64,000 nucleotides of DNA, taken from assembly GCA_934489735.1 (NCBI GenBank), contig CAKSSR010000009.1, positions 4,856 to 68,855 on the forward strand, written 5' to 3'. Position 1 is the first letter of the stretch, and each line of letters opens with the position of its first letter. Both the position numbers and the translations under genes were made by a program. This DNA is from an uncultured Eubacteriales bacterium (GTDB lineage Bacteria > Bacillota > Clostridia > Oscillospirales > Acutalibacteraceae). This document shows positions 27,001 through 33,245 of this stretch, in pieces. The notes beneath the pieces are model-generated. The model was not told the origin of the DNA. It did not search any database and saw only the letters and a program-made list of their open reading frames with translations.

Positions 27001-28023
27001 GACGAAAATATAATAAATAGTATTACATCTGTTATAATAGAAGAGGGAGTAACTAATATTGGAATAGGAACTTTTGCGAGCCTTACTGGATTAGTTAGCG
27101 TAAAACTACCGTCAAGTATAGTTAGCATAGGGGAATATGCATTTGGATATTGTGAGTACTTAACAAGTGTAAACTTTGAAGGAGGAATCAAGACGATAGG
27201 GGAATATGCATTCTATAATAGCGGATTAGTGACAATAGAAATTCCCAGCAGTGTAGTTGACATAGGGGAAAGTGCATTTGATAGTTGTGGGCATTTGACA
27301 AGCGTAACCTTGAATGAAGGAATCAAGACGATAGGGGAATATGCGTTTTATGATAGCGGATTAGGGACAGTAGAAATTCCCGGCAGTGTAGTTAGCATAG
27401 GGAGAGGTGTATTTAGTGAATGTAATAGCCTTAAAGAGATGCATTTTAAAGGAAACTTCCCTGAAATGATGAATATTTTTGGCACAAGTAATCCTGCAAT
27501 AACTATATTTTATCCAGAAGGTAATACGACCTGGGAAAACAACAAAGGGTCAATTAACGCAAAATATACGAATGTGAAATTTGGTACGGATAAGCCAGAA
27601 GATACAAGCAATGTAACTCCAGGAAGTGATGATCAGGCAAGCAATGAGTCTGCAAATGATACCTATATAGTGCCATATGGCTACGGAAGTATAGTATTTT
27701 CAGGGAATTATAGTGAAATAAAGAAGATATATATACCAAGTTCAGTTGATTATGTTTATTTTGACCTGAGTAATTTCAAAAACTTGAAGTATATAATATT
27801 TTATGATAAGAATCTACCTGAGAATTTAGATTTAAACAAAGAAAGTATTGAGAAAAATTTAGAGAAATATGATATTTATTGCGTTTCGAGATTAGTACAT
27901 GACTTTAAAAAGATTAATAGTTTATATCTTTTATATAAAAATTTAATAAAATGGAGACCTGGATGCTACATGGTTGTCACAGTATCTAACGTATTTAAGG
28001 AAAAGGAAGCAAACCCATTGTGA
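15019..28023 (+). CDS. giant (4334 aa) secreted BspA-type leucine-rich-repeat surface protein
   Basis: AGGAGG RBS and signal peptide MNLKFFTLFFIILMTIELNIYA. Dozens of ~23-aa LRRs of the form IxIPxSVxxIGxxAFxxCxxLxxI. They are organised into about 18 super-modules that end in FxGDFPxxxxxAF...TIYYPxxNxTW...YxGAxNIxW, each followed by a YCGxxxxNxGxN(V/L)IC...YxAxI...GxMxDY head. Confidence 0.9.
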   Translation: MNLKFFTLFFIILMTIELNIYALDNDCNEIDLNNTNICMDDNCKLLTKGMTEKENDDNFVEMCDKIHHANENEKEKHGEKMNKSSIVQGNGEKAKDDIEYLNENTKCVSTEIENHIEELDQFDGNNEENNKEMFAQDLKTAEIDENDLISGSDTQGSTGTQSDENIKLENETLTISVVGEVTSDMISPYKSAVRNVILNDTVTSIGTEAFLNCRALKSVEVSKNVGSIGRGAFADCTSLKEIVFKGLPTIDKENVVFSGLNTTIYYPLSESGWQSIVSNKSSSTYQGATNIEWVGYNYFTYCGNKNQNGGRNLIDIINEVSNSEYELSIIKSKAADSSGFDMIDYSDDEINNNENRTLLIPNGYTVSSITIEDGVTGIGANGFRMGDEKIDGIKEIVIPESVKSINENAFYGLTSLTSVIFEGKFPKVSGTNTFKDCKVTFHCNMHYCNDKEFIKLTGETKCFGAEEAKWDIFGYCGKGNSKILKCTLKKIEEIGEDHIYKAEINVDSSYGSDYYMEDYTAIRRFIPEEYTKYIKYLMLDVNIKNIGDYAFNGLSALKWIIINDKIEKIGKNAFDGCNRLKEIDFIGDMPEIGEFAFKNIADSATIYYERGNTTWNNAEENGININKNASYRGATNLKWAECHHSRHNSKGTVYKRWTEYDNGSYKKLAFMGYGMIVDDNNNESVYGEGYSPTTIEIKEGLISSGKYYRWTATKNAIFADTVQILTENSFRSNNLSDILLPKGLKTIGYAALSDLKRVNITFQSYPTSMNGCMFAYWDSADRNKTNPTIYYPINNNNWITAKSGNKRIVDNTSFGNGINIKWIGYCYCGDKSVNNGEDVRCEVEKTSDGSYKMRITGKGNIRDYELDDRMIPESYSKDVRTLTVDSGVTGIGAHAFENYNSLKSVDINGDLSKIGSKAFSNCLELGTIDIAGAFPQEFSEDAFNNIDVDVYYLSDKWNNDKKAQEAITNNKHAGASRINWYSDNVTVIKCGNKIYCYIYKNQNKMAFRGSGHIDNYTGSNILAKSKDINGKEIDVKPEDIYYLEMENEIQTISNNMLTGFVNLKTIDTSNKLIVIGREAFKNNKLLESVALPDQINEIYESIFEGCESLKNVNFPRNTKGITKAMFKNCKSLSEIELHDEVTGIGEEAFSGCSSLDYIEIPKSVTTIGKQAFESCSDLNSISIFGQPKIEENAFKDCKGLRKIYFYGDFPTIDSSSFKNIGSKNDPTIIYYPGENETWKAKYDEKVLTETYGGATNIIWTPYNIINCGPDDNPSSVICQLVKTDGENCYKARIVKNGASKGEEMRDYEEGNNILTDTNYDNCEIKSIKIEEEISSIGNNAFSGFESLERISFYGDFVTVGENAFGGIGNNDQAVVAYYHGDNATWRKKYEAKELTSDYKGATNIKWMPYDMIYCGLISENEGENLICKLILTEGGEYIAKISKNQADSSGKMRDYNAGMNILKGTEFESYNVTYVEIDEGVTTIGANAFNGLTSIQRIYFYCDYPGKDNTAEDNIGENAFKGLGKSDDPVIAYYPENTSDRNDEAVHMWNGINVTDKLTSVFKGASNILWKPYNSIYCGANSENNYSDLICRLIYVSGEQENEVYIARISKNGLASDGKMKDYDTNNGNIISSDKDFKDFANKIQYIEIEDDVSSIGKNAFNGLTNVRKMNFYGDFLTIGDNAFVGIGTNGNPTVIYYPGNNETWQEKYEENLLTNTYAGATNVVWTPYDSIYCGKVGNEKALICKLILIGKDNYMAVVSSNDKENGEMSDYEENENIFTTYSRSKQSSTGALGNSEGIVEKIHEIESSFETGEGEEIQTIDNTSIGDKISVVRIGEGVKSIGKNAFSGLKNLRAVVIEGELSTIGEGAFKNCSNLEGIVFLNEAVSNTSIKSDAFLNDSFSFYYPIDSKIDNKSMEGKGAQRIDIKPYKYCINCGDFSISDGDNAVALVVPHGNNKYKIEIIGSEKVGDYEASYGMLDDSSIEISKNDIISISIGDGIDTIGETSFYNFSGVKEIQFNGAIPSQIDEKAFKGISNVNIYVREDEEFPTNAKIYKSAENVKWFKYCYYNYCGLKDKDNGIDLIYRITIDDNNDNILNIFGNGEMRNYNDGNIVSNEYEIKAVTVSNGISNLGTNFMNGMSSLKTVSMMNNITKIGDRAFENCIGLEEIVFPNDLEYLGGSVCLGCTGLESVKLSSKISKINNNAFNGCTGLTKVELPESVTRIGENAFEGCTGLTEFKIPSQVVAIGNSAFKDCTRIENFSFYGNFIKEIGEDAFGKIGQENNATVMYYPGDNSTWTKQEYVLSNPNYKGAKNIKWVAYMYGYCGDLSTNEGKDIMYVVLSRDDKYTVEISGNGKMRNYISGDSLLFAFNGKKNIESIKVDEGVTNIGSNAFYDYTSLVDITLPSTMNYIGMSSFENCKLLSEIEISERITVIEERTFKGCESLTNIKGSLSNITKICKSAFHDCLKLRSISFSEKLISIEDNAFKNCKEMYVKNNPDGLMVMGRGAFYNCCKLSSISIPNGIKNIFDDTFNNCSSLNEIKLADSIESIGKSAFSKCVSIKYMYLPANIKEIRENAFSLCDNIKEIYFNGDFPAISNNAFLNLNTKAYYNEEIWTSIDAAKALNDKKYKGAKNIEWINYIKIIECGKANPKDVICRIVRSDNSKYKAIFTGIGEIKDYTKDNLLLGADKDVSNSIIVAEFGDGITNVSNYLLYDWINLQSVKLSDTITWLGNNSFAENQSLKVLHILKNITRLGSEVLANCKNLEKIYFYCDFPQEVGENAFENLKTIAYYPKNNETWTAKINKNGAGAVRISDIDWNYVGRDEPNDCNRIAYCSGDVDEAEIDESLVNDELNIEEHLDKNEDKTNSPELDIEKDLLSSGERLVENENKSLSSDCMNGNVAEQNDEIVDEKYRGAEEIIWAQNEFVYCGLEEENEGKNVICEFVPVDDQSNYKAVISINGSSPSGKIKDFNDNILSDNNLDYNITSAVIEDGITCISNNLFKNASSLETVEIKNNVSCIGKSAFEGCEKIKEVLVPDSVFEINEKAFAECSSLESIEFSNNLNKIGTSAFENCKSLSSFDLPDTLESIGEKTFYNCNGINSIIIPQNVISIGKFAFAKCASLKIVNLPEKLSNIEDGLFQDCTNLNNINIPDQLERIGSKAFASCAGIKTLKIPDKVTEIGESAFSGCSALQEIKLPTSLKEISNYLLNGCTMLTSVEIPLQIEKIWEESFGGCIKIKNIYFQGDCPTFKGSNAFEGIDGATIYYPSGDEYKGWTNEVSSSPTEYQGAKNLTWSGYGYVYCGLEKENGGKNVICRFIPDGSYYKAVISISSPDSSGKIADYYNFTNWNDYISKISSIIIERGVTEIGSGLFRSATIYWNEKEAISIADTVTNIKMGAFGVTEIKNGSRKILKIPKSVKSIEQGAFSIIGFNEIYFEGSCPIANGYTFGSKGSDGTIAYYPAGDNSYSKAIEQYPNFEWKMCCFCGKTNENEGRNVIATFTSNENGNYNVYISTHLGNKEESETSKKSGMQDYSSKEQTPWNKFRHKIQDITISAQVLSVGSYAFSECEGLKNVKIYSSEINSNAFSKSNIVKLMIFNKIPIRERAFYKCGTLDSVIFYSGFESIGKEAFAYCRDFNSLYADSEKINNSIPIEPQGDVGTDGNIEDAFKGNKINLYCSEAIYNKMYKKFGDVFVFGGKNCSRKIATIIDYNDSDNNYYEYSIDNKMLHIYGNDCGLIDVYNRGNEEGFKKLDIAKYIENVETIIIEDGITEMGYYGFSKFTNLKSVKISNTVTDIYGSLFSGCKNLTSVILPENIISLKYNLFKDCTSLTSVTIPKSVTSLGDNLFYGCKSLTSVTIPEGVTSLGDNLFNGCTEIKSIYFLGYNVPEMTGSTLEGLGSEGNAVTLYYPYYSDIWKSQNITTNYKGATNVVGKAFVGGYCGDPNVNNGKNISCICRETSTDVYEMIIFGKGKIQDGINGSNNYGYYRYDSFFYDFIDENIINSITSVIIEEGVTNIGIGTFASLTGLVSVKLPSSIVSIGEYAFGYCEYLTSVNFEGGIKTIGEYAFYNSGLVTIEIPSSVVDIGESAFDSCGHLTSVTLNEGIKTIGEYAFYDSGLGTVEIPGSVVSIGRGVFSECNSLKEMHFKGNFPEMMNIFGTSNPAITIFYPEGNTTWENNKGSINAKYTNVKFGTDKPEDTSNVTPGSDDQASNESANDTYIVPYGYGSIVFSGNYSEIKKIYIPSSVDYVYFDLSNFKNLKYIIFYDKNLPENLDLNKESIEKNLEKYDIYCVSRLVHDFKKINSLYLLYKNLIKWRPGCYMVVTVSNVFKEKEANPL
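26422..26628 (+). repeat. three tandem 69-bp units (one LRR each) inside the giant gene
   Basis: Units at 26422-26490, 26491-26559 and 26560-26628. Units 2 and 3 are highly similar at the DNA level (tg.a.aagtttaacttcagtaacaatacct...). Confidence 0.8.
27181..27450 (+). repeat. two tandem 135-bp units (two LRRs each) inside the giant gene
   Basis: The stretch g(g/a)aggaatcaagacgataggggaatatgc...attcccAgcagtgtagtt recurs at 27181 and 27316. Confidence 0.8.
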
Positions 28024-28182
28024 TGAATTAATTAAACGGAGGAGTAAAGTGAACGAGCTATCTTGGGAGGTGGGATGGTTTGTTCACTAAAACTTAAAAC
28101 CTTGGTTAAAGAAATTTTAAGTTAGTATACGTTCGTTTCATAAAAAAAATAAAAAAGGAATCATAAAAAGAGAACAAATCAA

Positions 28183-28745
28183 AGGGGAAAAGAAACGTAA
28201 TGGAGATTTGCGATAACGGGAGATCAAAGATATCAGGGATATGTAAAGCATAAATTAAGTAATATGATGACGTTTGCCAATAATAAAGAAGCTTTTTTTA
28301 AGAGGAACTTGGGATAGAGAAGATACCATCAAAGCCAAAACAAAGATTCTCAACACTTCAAACAATGACAGCATATCTAACGGAGTTGTTTTAGAAAAGG
28401 AAAATAAACGGGAGAAGACCGATGGGATACCAGTATTTCAAGAAATGTTTGGATACTTAAGAATAAAAGGCAAGACTATCACAGCGGATGCAATACATTG
28501 TTAGAAAGAGATTTGTGAAAGGGCAATAGAGAAAGAAAATCAAAAGAGTCTGTACAAGGAATAAAAATAAAGTAACTGAATAGACTAGCTATTATATTTC
28601 CAATTCAAAGGCTTCTACAAAAAAATCACTTGCTATTTTAAGAAAACATTGGACGATTGAAAGCATGGAACTGGATATTGACTTATTTCTTGTATTTGAA
28701 TTTATGAAACGAGTCGAAATTAGTATAAACGGTATTGACTTTTTT
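28183..28745 (+). mobile_element. decayed ISAs1-family transposase remnant (multiple stops/frameshifts)
   Basis: Fragments ...KHKLSNMMTFANNKEAFFKRNLGIEKIPSKP..., GKTITADAIHC (compare ITIDAMGCQ) and AILRKHWTIESMELDIDL (compare HWxIENxLHWxLDV). It is homologous at the DNA level to 46082..46420. Confidence 0.6.
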
Positions 28746-28832
28746 GAGATATAGTATATAATGATAATGTGCCATATAATATTATTTATACAAATAGTCA
28801 AGAAAATTTAAAAATTGAAAGGATTGATTTAT

Positions 28833-29366
28833 ATGAGTAAAAGACTTAACATGGCTATAGTATGCACATCATTAGCAGCTATGATGAGTTTAACAGGATG
28901 TGGGTTCCTTAATGATTATAATAATGACTTTATTATAGCGAGAACTAGCAGTTATAATGTAGTGGGACGAAATCATTCACTGAGCGGTGACGGAATGACT
29001 TTAAATTGTGACATAATTAAGCTTTCTGGACATTACAATTTGGGAACAATTGAAACTGAGACAGACTGTGATGAGAAACTGGAAGTATCCATGAAGGCTA
29101 CGCAGGGAAAAGTTAAGTTAGTTTTAGTACATCCCAATTCTCATGTAGAGGTATTGAAGGAAGTGAAGGCTGGTTTAGATAATCAGATTGAAGGAGAAGT
29201 AATATTTCATTGTGAGAAAGGGCAAAGTAAGTTGAAGATAGTAGGAGAGGACTTTGAAGGAACATATAAGATCAACAAAACGGCATATTCGAAGGTGAAC
29301 CTTAGTCCTGAATATGTATTACGTTCAGATGGAAGCGACATGAATTCTCCGGATATTAAGATGTAA
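28833..29366 (+). CDS. lipoprotein of unknown function
   Basis: MSKRLNMAIVCTSLAAMMSLTGC carries a lipobox (LTGC). The track ORF starts at 28815. Confidence 0.7.
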   Translation: MSKRLNMAIVCTSLAAMMSLTGCGFLNDYNNDFIIARTSSYNVVGRNHSLSGDGMTLNCDIIKLSGHYNLGTIETETDCDEKLEVSMKATQGKVKLVLVHPNSHVEVLKEVKAGLDNQIEGEVIFHCEKGQSKLKIVGEDFEGTYKINKTAYSKVNLSPEYVLRSDGSDMNSPDIKM

Positions 29367-29420
29367 AGGATAGTTGATATTATTTTATCATATCTCAATA
29401 ATTTTTGGGAGAGTGAAGAT

Positions 29421-31556
29421 ATGGAGCAAGTAAGTGGAGTAGTCGAAAGAATTACTTATTGCGATAAAGAGAATGGATTTGGAGTAATAAAAGTAAAGGT
29501 AAGCGGCTATAGAGAATTGATTACTATGGTTGGGAATCTATCTACTGTGAACATAGGGAGCGTTGTCAATGCATTAGGAATTTGGAGGACGAATTCGAAG
29601 TTTGGCAAACAATTCAAGGTGGAAAATTGGAAAGAGTCACTTCCGTCAGACAATTATGAAATAGAGAGGTATCTGGGGAGTGGATTGATTAGAGGAATTG
29701 GCCCAAAGATTGCTAAAGTGATAGTTGACACATTCGGCTCGAGAACTTTTGAGATTATAGAGAGAACTCCTGAAAAATTATTAGGGATCCCTAAGCTTGG
29801 AAAGAAGAAGATAGAATTAATAATTTCAAGTTGGAAAGAGCAAAAGAATATCAAGGAATTGATGATATTTTTGCAAAAGATAGGGATAGGGGCATCATTT
29901 GTTAGAAAAATATTTAATGCATATGGAAAAGAAAGTATAAATATAATAAAAGATAATCCATATCAATTGATAGACGATATAAATGGAATAGGTTTTAGGA
30001 CGGCAGATCTCATCGCACAAGGATTGGGATTGAATAGAGAGTCATATGACAGGTGTCGGACAGGGATTATATACATTTTAGAATATATGGCTAATACAGA
30101 AGGACACTGTTATTTACCATTTGATGAGCTTATAGATAAATGTTCTAGGATGCTTCAAATAGACCCTTGCAAAATTATAATGACATATGACAGTCTGGTA
30201 AGCAATGGGGAACTAATTGTTGATTCAGATAGAGTTTATTTGCCATCGTTCTTCAGATCGGAGATCGGATTAGCAAATAAGATAATGAATATTAAGAAAT
30301 TTAATAAATTTGTAGAAGTCTATGACGAAAATCTTGATATGGAAATTGAAAAAGTTGAAATGAAGAATGGTATAAAATATGATGATGTTCAAAGATCAGC
30401 AATAAAGTCGGCGGTGTCATCTAAATTTACTATAATAACTGGAGGAGCAGGAGTAGGAAAGACTACAATAACTAAAGCAATTATAAATATATTTGAAAAT
30501 AGGAATAAAAAAGTAATCCTAACTGCACCGACAGGAAAAGCAGCTAAAAGGTTAGCGGAAGTTACTGGCATTGAAGCTAAAACGATACACAGGCTACTGG
30601 AAGCTCAAAAAGATGGATATTTCTATAGAAATAGTGAGCATAAAATAGACGGAGATGTACTAATAGTCGATGAAACCTCAATGGTAGATATAATTTTGAT
30701 GAATAATTTACTAAAAGCAGTTCCAGATGGAATGACTGTTATATTAATAGGTGACTCAAACCAGCTTGCATCTGTCGGACCGGGGAATGTCTTGAAGGAT
30801 ATAATAAAATCTGCATGCGTGGAGGTAATAGAACTAAAGAAAATATACCGGCAGACTAAAATCAGTAATATAATTTTAAATTCTCATAAGATAAATGATG
30901 GAGAAATGATAGACTTGAACAATAAGCCTGACTCCGATTTCTTTTTTATAAAGGAAGATAACGATGAGAGATGCGTTGATATAATATTGAACTTGTGTTC
31001 AGACAGATTGCCAGCTTATTATAAAGTAAATCCTATCTCTGATATCCAAGTTATTACTCCCATGAAGAGAGGATGCTTGGGAGTAGACAATTTGAATAGA
31101 GCTTTGCAAGAAAATTTAAATCATAATAGAAATTTTTTGAGAAGAGATACAATCGAATATCGTATGTGTGATAAAGTAATGCAAATAAAGAACAATTATG
31201 AGAAACAAGTCTTCAATGGGGATATAGGAGTGATCTGTTCGATTGATAAAGAAAGAGAAGAATTGGAAGTTAATTTCGATTGTCGAACGATAAGATATAA
31301 TATTTCAGAATTGGATGAGATAAACTTGGCTTATGCATGTACAATCCATAAAAGCCAAGGGGCAGAGTATCCAATTGTTATTATTCCTATGACGACTTCA
31401 CATTTTGTTATGCTGGAAAGGAATTTGTTATATACGGGCGTGACAAGGGCTAGGAAAATTTGCATTTTGGTTGGAAAAGAGGACGCTGTTCAAAGAGCTA
31501 TAGAGAACAATTTATCAAGGGTTAGATATACTTCACTATCTCAAAGACTATCTTAA
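29421..31556 (+). CDS. recD2: RecD2-type SF1 ATP-dependent DNA helicase (RecD/TraA family)
   Basis: 711 aa. N-terminal OB/HhH region, Walker A GGAGVGKTT, LIVDETSM, GDSNQLASVGPG and the C-terminal YACTIHKSQGAEYP...YTGVTRAR. Confidence 0.9.
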   Translation: MEQVSGVVERITYCDKENGFGVIKVKVSGYRELITMVGNLSTVNIGSVVNALGIWRTNSKFGKQFKVENWKESLPSDNYEIERYLGSGLIRGIGPKIAKVIVDTFGSRTFEIIERTPEKLLGIPKLGKKKIELIISSWKEQKNIKELMIFLQKIGIGASFVRKIFNAYGKESINIIKDNPYQLIDDINGIGFRTADLIAQGLGLNRESYDRCRTGIIYILEYMANTEGHCYLPFDELIDKCSRMLQIDPCKIIMTYDSLVSNGELIVDSDRVYLPSFFRSEIGLANKIMNIKKFNKFVEVYDENLDMEIEKVEMKNGIKYDDVQRSAIKSAVSSKFTIITGGAGVGKTTITKAIINIFENRNKKVILTAPTGKAAKRLAEVTGIEAKTIHRLLEAQKDGYFYRNSEHKIDGDVLIVDETSMVDIILMNNLLKAVPDGMTVILIGDSNQLASVGPGNVLKDIIKSACVEVIELKKIYRQTKISNIILNSHKINDGEMIDLNNKPDSDFFFIKEDNDERCVDIILNLCSDRLPAYYKVNPISDIQVITPMKRGCLGVDNLNRALQENLNHNRNFLRRDTIEYRMCDKVMQIKNNYEKQVFNGDIGVICSIDKEREELEVNFDCRTIRYNISELDEINLAYACTIHKSQGAEYPIVIIPMTTSHFVMLERNLLYTGVTRARKICILVGKEDAVQRAIENNLSRVRYTSLSQRLS

Positions 31557-31569
31557 GGTAAATAATGAA

Positions 31570-31607
31570 AGACAAAGACTTCTATTGAGCCTTTGTCTGA
31601 TTTTTTT
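31570..31607 (+). terminator. rho-independent terminator after recD2
   Basis: AGACAAAG ... CTTTGTCT stem followed by TTTTTTT. Confidence 0.75.
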
Positions 31608-31617
31608 GTCCTATTTT

Positions 31618-31682
31618 GTATTTTTGTGGTATTTTACTTTGAATTTTTGTGGCATTTTGCTTTGTATTCTTGCGGTGCGTTA
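31618..31682. repeat. three imperfect tandem ~23-nt repeats in a convergent intergenic region
   Basis: gtatttttgtggtattttacttt / gaatttttgtggcattttgcttt / gtattcttgcggtgcgtt. Confidence 0.6.
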
Positions 31683-31868
31683 AAAAAAATCTCAATTTTT
31701 AAGACTTGCCCTTGAATTACCAAGGCTTTATCTTGAATTTTATAGTCAACCTTTTGCCGTAAAACTACAAACTGACTAAGAGGGGATTGAAATCTAATGC
31801 CAAATTTGGATAATCTGTATATAAGAAAGACCAAGCAGTTGACAAAAATCATCAACTACTTAGCTTTG

Positions 31869-33170
31869 TTAGACTTTCCTTTTAGAATATATTATATAAA
31901 GAAGAATACTTATGACAGTTACTAAGAATTCAGTAACAGGAAAGGCAAACCATATACCAAAGTTGGATAATAAATTAGATAGAATGAATGCAGAGGGGAT
32001 AATTATTATGAATCCTCTTAGAATAGATATGATATGTGCTGGCTTTGCATGTTCAGTTGATGTAAAGTAATTAGATATCAATATGTTGAAGCCTACAAAA
32101 GGACATGCTAAGAAATATAACTTTAGACCTGGAATGGCTATGGACCTTAATAAGTCATTGCCTTCTCCATTGAAGGACTCGGTAATCTGAGAGGAGAATA
32201 TAAATATCGATGAATATATTAGAACTGATATAATTATTAACGATATGATAGCATATTTTAATATTTCTTTGACATTTGATTTGATATGGTCACCATAATT
32301 TGAACTTATGATGGGCTGAATACCTTGGGCTAAGCCATTGTAGATAGCTACGATTACAAGTGAGATGTTAGCTATTATCCCATAGGCAGCAATTCCAACA
32401 TTGCCTTGCTGTTTTAGAATGATATAATTGAAAACAATTATGACGACCCCAGAAGAAACTTCCGAAATTAACGAGGGAATACCGTTGAAGTTGATATCCT
32501 TTATTATATTTTTATCTAATTTACATTTCGATATATGAAATTTATTCTTTTTTAATAGAAAGTAAAAAGAAAGTACAATTATGCTTATAATATGAACGAG
32601 ACCTGCAGCAGCTGCAGCGCCAAATATGCCAGTCTTTAATATAAATATTAGAATATATTCGAGAACGACCGTAGAAATACTACCGGTTAACATGGCAGCC
32701 ATAGATAATTGAGGACAACCATCATTACGGATGAAACATAGTAGGACATTGTTTAAAAGGAATGCCGGAGAAAGTATTAGGATTGTCTTAAGATACTCTT
32801 TGGTCATGTCGAATACGGATTCATCTGCACCTAGAAGGCTCACTATTGCATCAGAGAAGAACAGAGCGACTAATATTAGGATCAGGCTGATAAATGTCAC
32901 CAAATAGATAGTATTTGTAAAGATTTTGTTGATATATTCTTGACTGTCATGCCTATGTATTGAATATTTTATTCCAGCGCCCATACCGATCATTAATCCA
33001 GTGCCTTGCAGAAGGCTGTATATAGGTAGGGCTAAGTTTAAGGCAGCCAATCCATTCGTTCCTATTCCATTTGCTATAAAGAACGTGTCGGCTATCAAAA
33101 TGGTCGATAGTCCTAACATCCCCAGTATGTTCATTGAAGCATATTTTAAGAAATTATTTAAAAGATGCAT
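31869..33170 (-). CDS. MATE family efflux transporter
   Basis: 433 aa with about 12 TM segments and a typical N-terminus, ...NILGMLGLSTILIADTFFIANGIGTNGLAALNLALPIY. Confidence 0.85.
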   Translation of the reverse strand: MHLLNNFLKYASMNILGMLGLSTILIADTFFIANGIGTNGLAALNLALPIYSLLQGTGLMIGMGAGIKYSIHRHDSQEYINKIFTNTIYLVTFISLILILVALFFSDAIVSLLGADESVFDMTKEYLKTILILSPAFLLNNVLLCFIRNDGCPQLSMAAMLTGSISTVVLEYILIFILKTGIFGAAAAAGLVHIISIIVLSFYFLLKKNKFHISKCKLDKNIIKDINFNGIPSLISEVSSGVVIIVFNYIILKQQGNVGIAAYGIIANISLVIVAIYNGLAQGIQPIISSNYGDHIKSNVKEILKYAIISLIIISVLIYSSIFIFSSQITESFNGEGNDLLRSIAIPGLKLYFLACPFVGFNILISNYFTSTEHAKPAHIISILRGFIIIIPSAFILSNLLSNFGIWFAFPVTEFLVTVISILLYIIYSKRKV

Positions 33171-33245
33171 ATAGTCCTCCTTAAAATTTATTAATAATTA
33201 GTACTGGATGTTATTGATTTGATCCAGTACTTGTTTAATTATATC

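Noticed and set aside
15019-28023. Periodic DNA repeats that might be mistaken for a CRISPR array or satellite
   Set aside because: The periodicity (69 bp and multiples) is in-frame coding LRR structure within one continuous ORF. There is no repeat-spacer organisation anywhere in the window.
31634-31855. 73-aa minus-strand ORF in the recD2/MATE gap, and a solitary ...gaggggattgaaatc that resembles a CRISPR repeat end
   Set aside because: The ORF has no RBS and a low-complexity translation. The CRISPR-like string occurs once, with no repeat partners in the window.
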